64,000 nucleotides of DNA from Candidatus Termititenax aidoneus (GTDB taxonomy: Bacteria; Margulisbacteria; Termititenacia; Termititenacales; Termititenacaceae), in assembly GCA_003864455.1 (NCBI GenBank), contig BGZN01000001.1, positions 49,677-113,676 on the forward strand. The letters run 5' to 3'. The translations under genes and the position numbers were made by a program. The notes below the pieces were generated by a model. The model saw nothing but the letters and a program-made list of their open reading frames with translations. It was not told the origin of the DNA and did not search any database. Every line of letters begins with the position of its first letter. Position 1 is the stretch's first letter. Of this stretch, positions 36,646-44,486 are shown piece after piece.

Positions 36646-36834
36646 TTACTTGTCGGCTTTTTTAGATTTTCTGTTTGACTTTTTGAGCTGCAGAGCTTCC
36701 TCCGCGTCATCCTTGGCCTCGTTGAATTCCGTGATAAAACGTCCCAGCGATTTGGCCAACTTCGGTAGTTGTGATCCGCCGAAAAGCAAAATGATCACCA
36801 CCGCGATTACTAATAATTCTGTTCCGCCCAGCAT
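36646..36834 (-). CDS. tatA: Twin-arginine translocase subunit TatA/E
   Basis: MLGGTELLVIAVVIILLFGGSQLPKLAKSLG, the canonical TatA TM plus hinge plus amphipathic helix. Confidence 0.9.
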   Translation of the reverse strand: MLGGTELLVIAVVIILLFGGSQLPKLAKSLGRFITEFNEAKDDAEEALQLKKSNRKSKKADK

Positions 36835-36880
36835 AAAAATCCCCCTCTCTAATGTATTTCTTTTATTATAACATAATATC

Positions 36881-36909
36881 TTGCCACAAGCACTACCCTG
36901 CTGTATAAT
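36881..36909 (+). promoter_or_regulatory. Candidate sigma-70 promoter for tRNA-CAT (TTGCCA-17-TATAAT)
   Basis: TTGCCA 36881-36886, 17-nt spacer, TATAAT 36904-36909. The tRNA starts at 36924. Confidence 0.55.
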
Positions 36910-36923
36910 TGTGGGCGTTAAAT

Positions 36924-36997
36924 GGGTCCATAGCTCAGTTGGTTAGAGCAACCGGCTCATAACCGGTGGGTCCTTGGTTCAAGTCCAAGTGGACCCA
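36924..36997 (+). tRNA. tRNA with CAT anticodon (elongator Met or Ile2; not an initiator)
   Basis: gggtccatagctcagttggttagagcaaccggctcataaccggtgggtccttggttcaagtccaagtggaccca. G1:C72 is paired and the three G:C pairs of an initiator anticodon stem are absent. No encoded CCA. Confidence 0.85.
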
Positions 36998-37130
36998 CTT
37001 GAGCTTAACAAGCCAGCGTTGCTGGCGACGTTAAGCGAAAGCCAGCCGCTGGCTCGGTTAGCCAGCGACACTTCTGCGGCGGCTTGAGGCCGCTCGCAGT
37101 CGCAAGGCGGCTACGCCGCCGAAGTGACCA
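36998..37130 (+). repeat. Structured 3' trailer following tRNA-CAT, homologous to 23545-23619
   Basis: cttgagcttaac-aagccagcgttgctggcgac-gttaagcgaaagcca ... ggcggctacgccgccgaagtgacc. Same frame of stems as the tRNA-Val trailer but with different inner-hairpin sequences. Confidence 0.6.
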
Positions 37131-37178
37131 GTTTATGATAGTTATGGGAAAAAAATATTAAATAAGGGAGAGGAAAAA

Positions 37179-38507
37179 ATGTTCAAAAAATTAGCGGTTA
37201 TCGGTTTAGCAGTTAGTATGTTTTTGCTTACGGGGTGCGGCGTCAATGTTAAACAGGAAGGCAATAAAATTTACACGGATTTGGACAAAGACCGTGTCTA
37301 CGAATTTACCACAGCGGCTCTGCAAACTAAAGGTTACACTCTGACCTCGGAGGAAGATTACAAAGTAAGCGCCGTGCCGGAAGAGAGCGCGGTTTTGAAT
37401 TCAATCGACACGGACAGCAAATCGGTGCAGGCCGTAGTCAGCGACGGCGCGGATGACCAAACAGTCGTTACGGTGCTGGCGCTGCTCAACGGCAATATCG
37501 ATGAAGAAGAATCCACGCGCATCGCCAAAGCTGCGGTGGCCGACATCATCGCCGAGTTGGACAAGTACGGCAAATTTAATTCCGTTGTGGAAGTTGACTA
37601 CACTTACCCGATTGCTACAGTAGCGCGGGTCAGCGCGTTTATCCGCGAGTACTTGACCGCCAACGACATCAATATCGGCAACAACAGCGCGACAGTTTTT
37701 GAAATCAGCGAAAATTCGCCGAACAACGAATTTAACGAGCCGCTGTTTGGCGCTATCACTATCGAGGCCAATGAAACCGGACGTGTGATCGTCGATTTGA
37801 AAGCGGAGATCAACGGCAATTACGACATTAACGGCAATCAAAAATATCTGGACGATTTTGCGGCCAAACTGCTCGCCTATCTGGACACTTATCCGGTGGT
37901 CGAAAAAGGCACGCGGCAGGTTTACCGCTTCATTGATTTCAGCAAAGCTTACGCCAACGCCCGCAGCGCGGTGGCCGGCAGCGGCTTCACAGTCAAAAAT
38001 GAGGATAAGGCCAATTTTATTTTTAGCGCGGCCAAAGATAAATTAAATTTACTGGTCTCTTTCACCAAGATCAACACGGCCATTGGCGTAAACCTGGAGG
38101 CTTTTATCGAAGGCAGCGCCAATGAGACTAAAGAAGCTCTGTCCGACAAAGTCAGCGAGGAGCTTTTTAAGCTAACGCAGGCTATCGCCGCTTATCAGAC
38201 TATTCTGACCAGCGAGAAAGTTTTTATTTCTCAGGGACAGAGAGAAGTGCTGGCCTCAATACGTAACGCGCTAGCCGCCGCCGGTTACACCTATACTTTC
38301 AATTCTGAAGAAGTGACGTTCACCGCCGCGGACAAAGTGAATCCGAACAAAGGCCATTTTTTAGTGGTCAATAATCTCGGCGCGGACGGCATTGTGGTGC
38401 AGATCAATACTTCATACAACACCCGCGCGGCCAATGCCGAAGCCACAGTGCGCGCGGAAAACGACAAATTGCTGCGCCTGCTCAACAGAGACGACAATCT
38501 GAAATAA
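37179..38507 (+). CDS. Lipoprotein built from four roughly 100-aa internal repeats
   Basis: Lipobox FLLTGC. Repeats each end in a V.V.L.A.INGN-like strand plus a helix (VVTVLALLNGNID, VIVDLKAEINGNYD, IGVNLEAFIEGSAN, IVVQINTSYNTRA). Confidence 0.75.
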   Translation: MFKKLAVIGLAVSMFLLTGCGVNVKQEGNKIYTDLDKDRVYEFTTAALQTKGYTLTSEEDYKVSAVPEESAVLNSIDTDSKSVQAVVSDGADDQTVVTVLALLNGNIDEEESTRIAKAAVADIIAELDKYGKFNSVVEVDYTYPIATVARVSAFIREYLTANDINIGNNSATVFEISENSPNNEFNEPLFGAITIEANETGRVIVDLKAEINGNYDINGNQKYLDDFAAKLLAYLDTYPVVEKGTRQVYRFIDFSKAYANARSAVAGSGFTVKNEDKANFIFSAAKDKLNLLVSFTKINTAIGVNLEAFIEGSANETKEALSDKVSEELFKLTQAIAAYQTILTSEKVFISQGQREVLASIRNALAAAGYTYTFNSEEVTFTAADKVNPNKGHFLVVNNLGADGIVVQINTSYNTRAANAEATVRAENDKLLRLLNRDDNLK

Positions 38508-38530
38508 CCTCCTATAATTTTTTAAACAAA

Positions 38531-38560
38531 AAAGGCGGTTGATTAAACCGCCTTTTTATT
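38531..38560. terminator. Rho-independent terminator, potentially bidirectional
   Basis: aaaggcggtt-gatta-aaccgccttt with a flanking A-tract and T-tract. Confidence 0.7.
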
Positions 38561-38570
38561 TATAAACTAA

Positions 38571-38608
38571 CGCTCCCTTCGACAGGCTCAGGGAGCGCAT
38601 CCCTGTCG
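38571..38608. repeat. GC-rich element with two interleaved stems, sharing TTCGACAGGCTCA with 15346-15550
   Basis: gctccc(38572-77)/gggagc(38591-96) and cgacagg(38580-86)/cctgtcg(38602-08) interleave in a pseudoknot-like order. Confidence 0.55.
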
Positions 38609-38634
38609 CCGTTATGCAATTCTGAAAATTTAAA

Positions 38635-39366
38635 TCATTCTTCTATAGCCGCTTCAGCTTTTTTCAAATCTTCGGCATCATTGACGCCGTGCACCTGCAA
38701 ATAGTCATCTATTATCAAAGTACCGATTTTTTTTCCGGCGCCAACCATGATGCCAATCACGTCGGTCAGGTAATATTCTTTCTGCTCATTTTGATTTTTA
38801 ATTTGCTTCAGCGCGGCAAATAATTCCGCGGTGTTGAAACAATAAATTCCGCTGTTGATTTCCTGTATGGCTTTTTCGGCTGCGTCGGCATCGCGGTATT
38901 CCACAATGCGCTCGACATAACCGGCGAAATTGCGCACGATGCGTCCGTAATGTTTCGGATCGTCAAGCTTGACGGTCAAAACAAGGCCGTCGAGATTACC
39001 CTGCCGGTATTTGGCCAGCAAAGCCTGCACTGTCTCCGCTTTGAGCAGCGGCACATCGCCGCACAGGATAACAGTGTCCCCGGCGTAATCTTTTAAGACC
39101 GGCTCTACTGCCATAACCGCATGTCCAGTGCCGAGTTGTTCTTTTTGTTCCGCATAAATGACGTTAAAATTTTGCGTGATTTCACGAATTTTCTCGGCTT
39201 GATGGCCTATGACCAGATAAACTTCAGTGGGAGACACTTGTTTGACCATATCCAGCACCCGGCAAATCATCGGCCGTCCTTTGACCTCGTGCAGGACTTT
39301 GGCCAAGTCGGATTTCATGCGCGTGCCTTTGCCGGCCGCCAGAATAATGATTTTGGTGTTCTCCAT
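38635..39366 (-). CDS. Sugar-phosphate nucleotidyltransferase (GlmU N-terminal-domain-like, without the acetyltransferase domain)
   Basis: IILAAGKGTRMKS, GTGHAV, ILCGDVPLL. 243 aa. Start trimmed to ATG 39366. Confidence 0.75.
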   Translation of the reverse strand: MENTKIIILAAGKGTRMKSDLAKVLHEVKGRPMICRVLDMVKQVSPTEVYLVIGHQAEKIREITQNFNVIYAEQKEQLGTGHAVMAVEPVLKDYAGDTVILCGDVPLLKAETVQALLAKYRQGNLDGLVLTVKLDDPKHYGRIVRNFAGYVERIVEYRDADAAEKAIQEINSGIYCFNTAELFAALKQIKNQNEQKEYYLTDVIGIMVGAGKKIGTLIIDDYLQVHGVNDAEDLKKAEAAIEE

Positions 39367-39373
39367 AAGACCC

Positions 39374-40162
39374 CTACTTCGCCGCCTTAAACCGCGTGCC
39401 GGCGGTCTGGCGCTCCAGCGCGTCAATTAAAACATTCCGGCGCGAGCCGTTCAAAACATAAGTCTCTATTCCATTTTTCACGGCCAGCCGCGCGGCCTGC
39501 ACTTTGGAAAACATGCCGCCCGTGCCTTTGTGTGTGCCGGCGCCGCCGGCCATTTTGCTGATCTCCGGAGTGATTTTGTCCACGACGCGCAGGAGACGGG
39601 CTTGGGGATTCGCGCGCGGATCGCTGTCGTAGAGGCCGTCGATGTCGGTCAGGATCAGCAGTTTATCGGCTTTGAGCAGAGCCGCGACGCGCGCGGACAG
39701 CATGTCATTGTCGCTGAATTTTATTTCTTCCACGACCACCGAATCATTTTCGTTGATGATCGGCACTACGCGCATACGCAAAAGCTGCTCAATAGTGTTA
39801 CGGAGATTTTGCGAACGCTCTTTGTTCGAAACGGCAAAAGTCGTCATCAGCACCTGTCCGGCCGGCAGCGGCCGCAAAAATTTGGCGTAATAATTCATCA
39901 GCAAAGTCTGCCCGACCGCCGCCGCCGCTTGTTTTTGCGGAATAGTTTTTTGCGCCAGATTGAGCTTCAGTTTTTCCGAACCGCAGACTATCGCGCCGGA
40001 CGATACCATAATAATTTGCTTGCCTTGCTTACGTAACTTTTTGATCTGCCCGGCAATACGCCGAAAACTCCGCCGGTCGAGGCGTCCCCGCGCGTCAGTC
40101 AACACATTTGAGCCAATTTTGATAACGAGACGTTCCCCGGACATATATTTAAATATTCGCAT
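39374..40162 (-). CDS. proB: Glutamate 5-kinase (no PUA domain)
   Basis: LVIKIGSNVLT, IMVSSGAI, INENDSV, FSDNDMLSA. Confidence 0.85.
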   Translation of the reverse strand: MRIFKYMSGERLVIKIGSNVLTDARGRLDRRSFRRIAGQIKKLRKQGKQIIMVSSGAIVCGSEKLKLNLAQKTIPQKQAAAAVGQTLLMNYYAKFLRPLPAGQVLMTTFAVSNKERSQNLRNTIEQLLRMRVVPIINENDSVVVEEIKFSDNDMLSARVAALLKADKLLILTDIDGLYDSDPRANPQARLLRVVDKITPEISKMAGGAGTHKGTGGMFSKVQAARLAVKNGIETYVLNGSRRNVLIDALERQTAGTRFKAAK

Positions 40163-40183
40163 ATCTGCTAAAATATTACAATT

Positions 40184-40585
40184 ATGGTCAAAGCAGAAGG
40201 ATTAAAATTACCATTTGAGACTCCTGACAAAATCGCGCCGGAGACGCTGGAAGTGTTTCCGTATACTTTGCCGGAATTAAAAGTCGGCCGTATACCCAAA
40301 CAATTAATCACTTACACCACAAAAGAATTTTCCGCGGTGTGCCCTTTTTCCGGTCTGCCGGATATTGCCACGGTTACGATAGAATACGTGCCGGACAAAA
40401 AAGTTCTTGAATTAAAATCCTTGAAATATTATTTTCTGTCTTACCGCAATGTCGGGATTTATCAGGAGCACGCCACGCAAAAAATTTTCGCGGATTTGCA
40501 AAAAGCTCTGTGTCCGCAAAAACTCAAAGTAACTACGCTTTACAACACGCGCGGCGGCCTGGATACGACTTGCGTGCTAGAATGA
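40184..40585 (+). CDS. queF: NADPH-dependent 7-cyano-7-deazaguanine reductase
   Basis: EFSAVCPFSGLPDIATVTIEYVP, LELKSLKYYFLSYRN, QEH (type I QueF motifs). Confidence 0.88.
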   Translation: MVKAEGLKLPFETPDKIAPETLEVFPYTLPELKVGRIPKQLITYTTKEFSAVCPFSGLPDIATVTIEYVPDKKVLELKSLKYYFLSYRNVGIYQEHATQKIFADLQKALCPQKLKVTTLYNTRGGLDTTCVLE

Positions 40586-40598
40586 ATTAAAATTTGCT

Positions 40599-40627
40599 TT
40601 GACAAATACGATACTATATCGTATAAT
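40599..40627 (+). promoter_or_regulatory. Consensus sigma-70 promoter TTGACA-17-TATAAT with an embedded palindrome; vapB probably leaderless
   Basis: TTGACA 40599-40604, 17-nt spacer, TATAAT 40622-40627, ATG at 40635 (7 nt later, no SD). Palindrome ATACGATA-cta-TATCGTAT spans the spacer and -10. Confidence 0.6.
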
Positions 40628-40634
40628 ATAGCGT

Positions 40635-40841
40635 ATGAAAGTAACCGCCATTATTCCGGACAGCCTGGTCAATGAAGTAAAAAATTATTCCAGCAGCGCC
40701 ACGATTACCGAGGCGATTACTCTCGCTTTAAAAGACTGGCTAGCTTTATACCACATCAAAGCCTTAAATCAAAAAATCCAAAAAAATCCTTTAATTATTA
40801 AAAACGGCGCTAAAATCCGCCGCTTAAACAGAATGTTCTAA
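40635..40841 (+). CDS. vapB: VapB-type antitoxin
   Basis: 68 aa, immediately upstream of a PIN gene and sharing 1 nt with it (40841: last base of the vapB stop TAA is the first base of the vapC ATG). Confidence 0.65.
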   Translation: MKVTAIIPDSLVNEVKNYSSSATITEAITLALKDWLALYHIKALNQKIQKNPLIIKNGAKIRRLNRMF

Positions 40842-41227
40842 TGTTAATACTGGATACTTCTGTTTGGATAGAATTTTTAAGACAAAATCCCCAATACAGC
40901 AAAAACATTCGCGAATTACTGGAAAGCAAAGCAATACTAGCTGTGGAGTGCGTCTTTGCGGAATTACTGCAAGGCGTTAGAACCAAAGCCGAAAAGCGGA
41001 TAATCCTGCAATACTGGGAATATTTGCCTAAAATTAATCTGCCGCAGGTCATGCTCGACGCCGGTTTATATTTCAGCGGCAATAAATTATCGGCCAAAGG
41101 CATCGGGTTAATAGACGCCATCATTTTAATGCACGCCCTGCACAGCAAAGCTAAAATATGGACTTTAGACAAAAAATTTCAAAAAATTATTCCTCAAGAA
41201 TTGCTGTATAATGAACTAACCAGTTAA
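40841..41227 (+). CDS. vapC: PIN-domain toxin VapC
   Basis: MLILDTSVWIEFL (first acidic residue), later E and D positions (ECVFAELLQG, LIDAIIL). Confidence 0.8.
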   Translation: MLILDTSVWIEFLRQNPQYSKNIRELLESKAILAVECVFAELLQGVRTKAEKRIILQYWEYLPKINLPQVMLDAGLYFSGNKLSAKGIGLIDAIILMHALHSKAKIWTLDKKFQKIIPQELLYNELTS

Positions 41228-41228
41228 A

Positions 41229-42473
41229 TTATTTGTATCTTTTCACAACCAGCGCGGCGTTGTTGCCGCCCAGTCCCATGGAATCCAAAAGCGCATAATT
41301 GAGGATCATTTCCCGGGCTGTATTGGGCACATAGTCCAGGTCGCATTCCGGGTCGGGCGTGGTCAAATTCATAGTCGGAATGACGATTTGTTTTTCCAGC
41401 ATCAAAGCCGCGGCGATGAGTTGAAACGCGGTCGAAGCGCCGAACGGCATGCCCATCACGGACTTGATCGTGCTGACCGGCACGGATTTGGCGCGGTCGC
41501 CCAGCGTCAATTTTATGGCGTGCGTTTCTTTTAAATCGGCGGATTTTGACCCCGAGCCGTGCGAGCAAATATAGTCCAGTTCATACGGCGTGATGTCCGC
41601 GTCCCGCAGCGCCGCTTCCATAGCCCGCGCCATGCCGGCGCCGGTCGGCTCCATGCGGTAAGAGTCATAAGCGTCCGCCGACGAGCCAAAGCCGCACAAC
41701 TCGCCGTAAATATAAGCGCCGCGCCGTAGCGCGTGCTCCAATTCTTCCAGCACGATCACGCCGGCGCCTTCGGCCAGCAAAAAACCGTCGCGGTTAAGAT
41801 CGTACGGCGAAATCGCTTGCTCCGGCGCGGCGTTTTTTTTCGAAAGCTGTTTTGTGCCGTCAAAACTGGCGTACACTACTTCAGTAAAAGGCGTCTCCGC
41901 GCCGCCGGCCAAGATCACATCAGCCTTGCCTGCGCGTATCGCGTCGAGAGCCGTGCCGAGCGCATTGGCGGAAGCCGAGCAGCCGGTGGACAAAGAATAA
42001 TTCACGCCGGTCAAGCCGTAATAAATGGAAATCTCCGCCGCGGCCGCGTGTGAAAAAGTCGCGTTGGCGCAGAAAGGATTGATCTTGCTCAAGCCGTCTT
42101 TTTGCAAAATGCGCTGCTGTTCCTCGACCGCCTCATGTCCGCCGATGCCGGTGCCCATCATCACGCCGATGCGCGGCGCGTTGTCCGCGGTGATCGTCAG
42201 ATGCGCGTCAGCGATAGCCAGCCCAGCCGCCACGACCGCCATTTGCGTAAACCGCGAAAAATGCCGGCCTTTTTTCTTATCGAGGTACGGCCGCGGATCA
42301 AAATCAGGAATATTTCCGCCGATTTGCGTTTTAAAACCCAGCGGCGAATTGGCGATCTCCGGCACTACGCGAATACCCGAAATGCCGTTGACCAAAAAAC
42401 GCCAAAAAGTTTCTCGTTCTTTGCCGATCGGCGAGATTGGCCCCAGGCCGGTTATTGCCACTCTTCTTTGCAT
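41229..42473 (-). CDS. Beta-ketoacyl-ACP synthase II-like protein with atypical active site
   Basis: Collinear with FabF: active Cys (LSTGCSASA) and first His (CSHGSGS). The second His position reads KSVMGMPFGAS instead of KS.TGHLLGAAG. C-terminal GLGGNNAALV. Confidence 0.8.
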   Translation of the reverse strand: MQRRVAITGLGPISPIGKERETFWRFLVNGISGIRVVPEIANSPLGFKTQIGGNIPDFDPRPYLDKKKGRHFSRFTQMAVVAAGLAIADAHLTITADNAPRIGVMMGTGIGGHEAVEEQQRILQKDGLSKINPFCANATFSHAAAAEISIYYGLTGVNYSLSTGCSASANALGTALDAIRAGKADVILAGGAETPFTEVVYASFDGTKQLSKKNAAPEQAISPYDLNRDGFLLAEGAGVIVLEELEHALRRGAYIYGELCGFGSSADAYDSYRMEPTGAGMARAMEAALRDADITPYELDYICSHGSGSKSADLKETHAIKLTLGDRAKSVPVSTIKSVMGMPFGASTAFQLIAAALMLEKQIVIPTMNLTTPDPECDLDYVPNTAREMILNYALLDSMGLGGNNAALVVKRYK

Positions 42474-42491
42474 AGCCTACCTTTTTTCATT

Positions 42492-42590
42492 GGGAATTAC
42501 CGCTTGATGCACTAAAACATTTCTTTTTTATGTACCAAGCCTACTACGCAGGCTTGGTACGCTAATTTAGTGCGTCAAAGGGTAATTCCC
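42492..42590. repeat. Nested palindrome: 24-nt arms enclosing a perfect 10-bp hairpin
   Basis: Arms gggaattaccgcttgatgcactaa / ttagtgcgtcaaagggtaattccc. Inner gtaccaagcc-tactacgca-ggcttggtac (42532-42560). A degenerate copy of the inner hairpin lies at 42648-42676. Confidence 0.7.
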
Positions 42591-42741
42591 TTTTCTTTAA
42601 CATTTTGGTTGCTTTTCCGCCGCCCAAACTGTTATACTTATTTCCATGTACCGAACCTACCGCGTAGGCTTCGTACTAAAATATATCGTTAAGAAAGTGA
42701 AAAAGTTTCATTTTTTTAACCTTTTAGGCGGGGGGTCTAAA

Positions 42742-43671
42742 ATGGAAATCATCGCTTTAGCCAATCACAAAGGCGGCTGCGGCAAAACCACAACCGCGGT
42801 CAATCTGGCCTATCAACTGGCCAAACTCAAACAAAAAGTTCTGCTTATCGATCTCGATCCGCAGGGACACAGTTCGCTGGGGTTGAACATCGACCCGGAC
42901 CGCATCGAACTGTCTTGTTTTGATTTTCTGCAAAAAAAACCTCTGGCCGACATTGCGGTCAGTATAATGCCAAATCTGGATTTGCTCCCCGGCTCTATGA
43001 AAACCGCGCTGCTCGAACAAATGCTGGCCGGCAAAAACCGCCGCGAGTACCGGCTGAAAGACCTGCTCCACAAAGTGTCCGGCTATAATTACATTCTCAT
43101 TGACACGCCGCCCAATCTCGGCCTGCTGACGATCAATTCGCTACTGGCCGCCAATAAAGTGCTGACGCCGCTGGAGCCCGGCAATTACGCACTGCACGGC
43201 CTGCAAAAACTCGATGAAACTCTCGCTCTGCTGAAAAACAAAACCGGACATCAGCCGGAGAGACGTTATGTGATCACCATGCACCGCCCGACTAAATTTT
43301 GCGAGGATTTTTTGAATATGCTCAAGCCATTTTTCAAAAACAATTTAATGCAAACCAAAATTAATTTCTCCGAACATTACAAAGACGCGGCGTTGATCGG
43401 CCTGCCAGCCGGGGCCTGCGGCAGCGGACAGGCGGACGACCACGCCAACCTCGCGCGCGAGGTCAAAGCCTGGGCGGAGAAAAAAGAACCGGTGTTCATC
43501 AGTAGTCTGCCTTCACCGGTCAAGATCGAATTTAACGCGCTGGGCAATACGGATATGATCCAGATGCTGCGCGGCGCTGACGATAATTACACCTATCATT
43601 ACGTTTTCGATAAAAAGGGACAGGTCACCCGGGTCAAAAGCAAGCCATTGATTAAACATTCTTTTTTGTAG
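42742..43671 (+). CDS. ParA/MinD-family ATPase with a roughly 90-aa C-terminal extension
   Basis: Deviant Walker A NHKGGCGKTT, LIDLDPQG, ILIDTPP. Start trimmed to ATG 42742 (the track's 42646 start reads through a hairpin repeat). Confidence 0.8.
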   Translation: MEIIALANHKGGCGKTTTAVNLAYQLAKLKQKVLLIDLDPQGHSSLGLNIDPDRIELSCFDFLQKKPLADIAVSIMPNLDLLPGSMKTALLEQMLAGKNRREYRLKDLLHKVSGYNYILIDTPPNLGLLTINSLLAANKVLTPLEPGNYALHGLQKLDETLALLKNKTGHQPERRYVITMHRPTKFCEDFLNMLKPFFKNNLMQTKINFSEHYKDAALIGLPAGACGSGQADDHANLAREVKAWAEKKEPVFISSLPSPVKIEFNALGNTDMIQMLRGADDNYTYHYVFDKKGQVTRVKSKPLIKHSFL

Positions 43672-43740
43672 CTGAAATAATCCGGTTTGGTTTGACTCAA
43701 TATGTTATAATTGTAAGAAATAATTAGGAGAAATGCTTTT

Positions 43741-44121
43741 ATGGCTAGAATAAAACGCAAAAAATCTTTAAACGACAGCGACCTTTCTTTGACTTGCCCG
43801 CTTTGCGGCAAAGTGCATGATGTGCGGCAGGATTTGGGTGTAAAAGCCGACCGCGCTGAAGTGGATAAAATAATTTTGCTCAATAATATTATTGCTTCTG
43901 CCGCTCAAGCCAGCGCGCCGGTCAATTTGGCGTCCGGCGTTACTAAAGAAAATCTAGAGCGTTATCTGGCGGCAATCTTGAACATACGCGCGGAGGCCAT
44001 GGCGCAGGCCAGAGTTTGGTGGCAGGACATGCTTGCCAAATACGATTTGCCCAAAGACATCAATGTTTTTATCGATTACAACACCTGCGATTTTTACATC
44101 GCTCTGCCGCAAAAAGGGTAA
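43741..44121 (+). CDS. Hypothetical protein, 126 aa (basic N-terminus, one CxxC)
   Basis: AGGAG upstream and a clean terminator downstream. No family recognised. Confidence 0.5.
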   Translation: MARIKRKKSLNDSDLSLTCPLCGKVHDVRQDLGVKADRAEVDKIILLNNIIASAAQASAPVNLASGVTKENLERYLAAILNIRAEAMAQARVWWQDMLAKYDLPKDINVFIDYNTCDFYIALPQKG

Positions 44122-44134
44122 ATTGAAGATATAA

Positions 44135-44163
44135 AGCTTTTTCTAGAAAAGCTATATTTTTTT
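44135..44163 (+). terminator. Rho-independent terminator
   Basis: agctttt-tctag-aaaagct followed by atattttttt. Confidence 0.7.
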
Positions 44164-44486
44164 AGTCCACACATTTGGCATTTTTCTTGCAGTAATGCTA
44201 TGTATGACTTGGCAAAAAAGTATAGAACAGTACAAAAGAAAAACTAGGATGGAGGACGGCCTATTCCTCATAACGGCAAGAAAATAAACTTCCCGGGCAG
44301 ATGGCCTTTCTGCTCTTCATCCTAGTTATTAATAACATTATACCATAATCAAATTTTGAATTTCAAGAAATTTTAGGTTTCGGCAAACATGTTTTTGCCG
44401 GAACACTAATGTTCTTTCAATATATATATATTCCGAACCTTTGCGATAATAGGCTTGCCGCTCCTCAAGCGCGGCGGATCACCTTT

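Noticed and set aside
40586-41228. Search for queF-end or fabF-end duplications flanking the vapBC cassette
   Set aside because: Only short AT-rich matches were found, and the best one coincides with the TTGACA promoter box. The translated fragments are unrelated to either gene's C-terminus.
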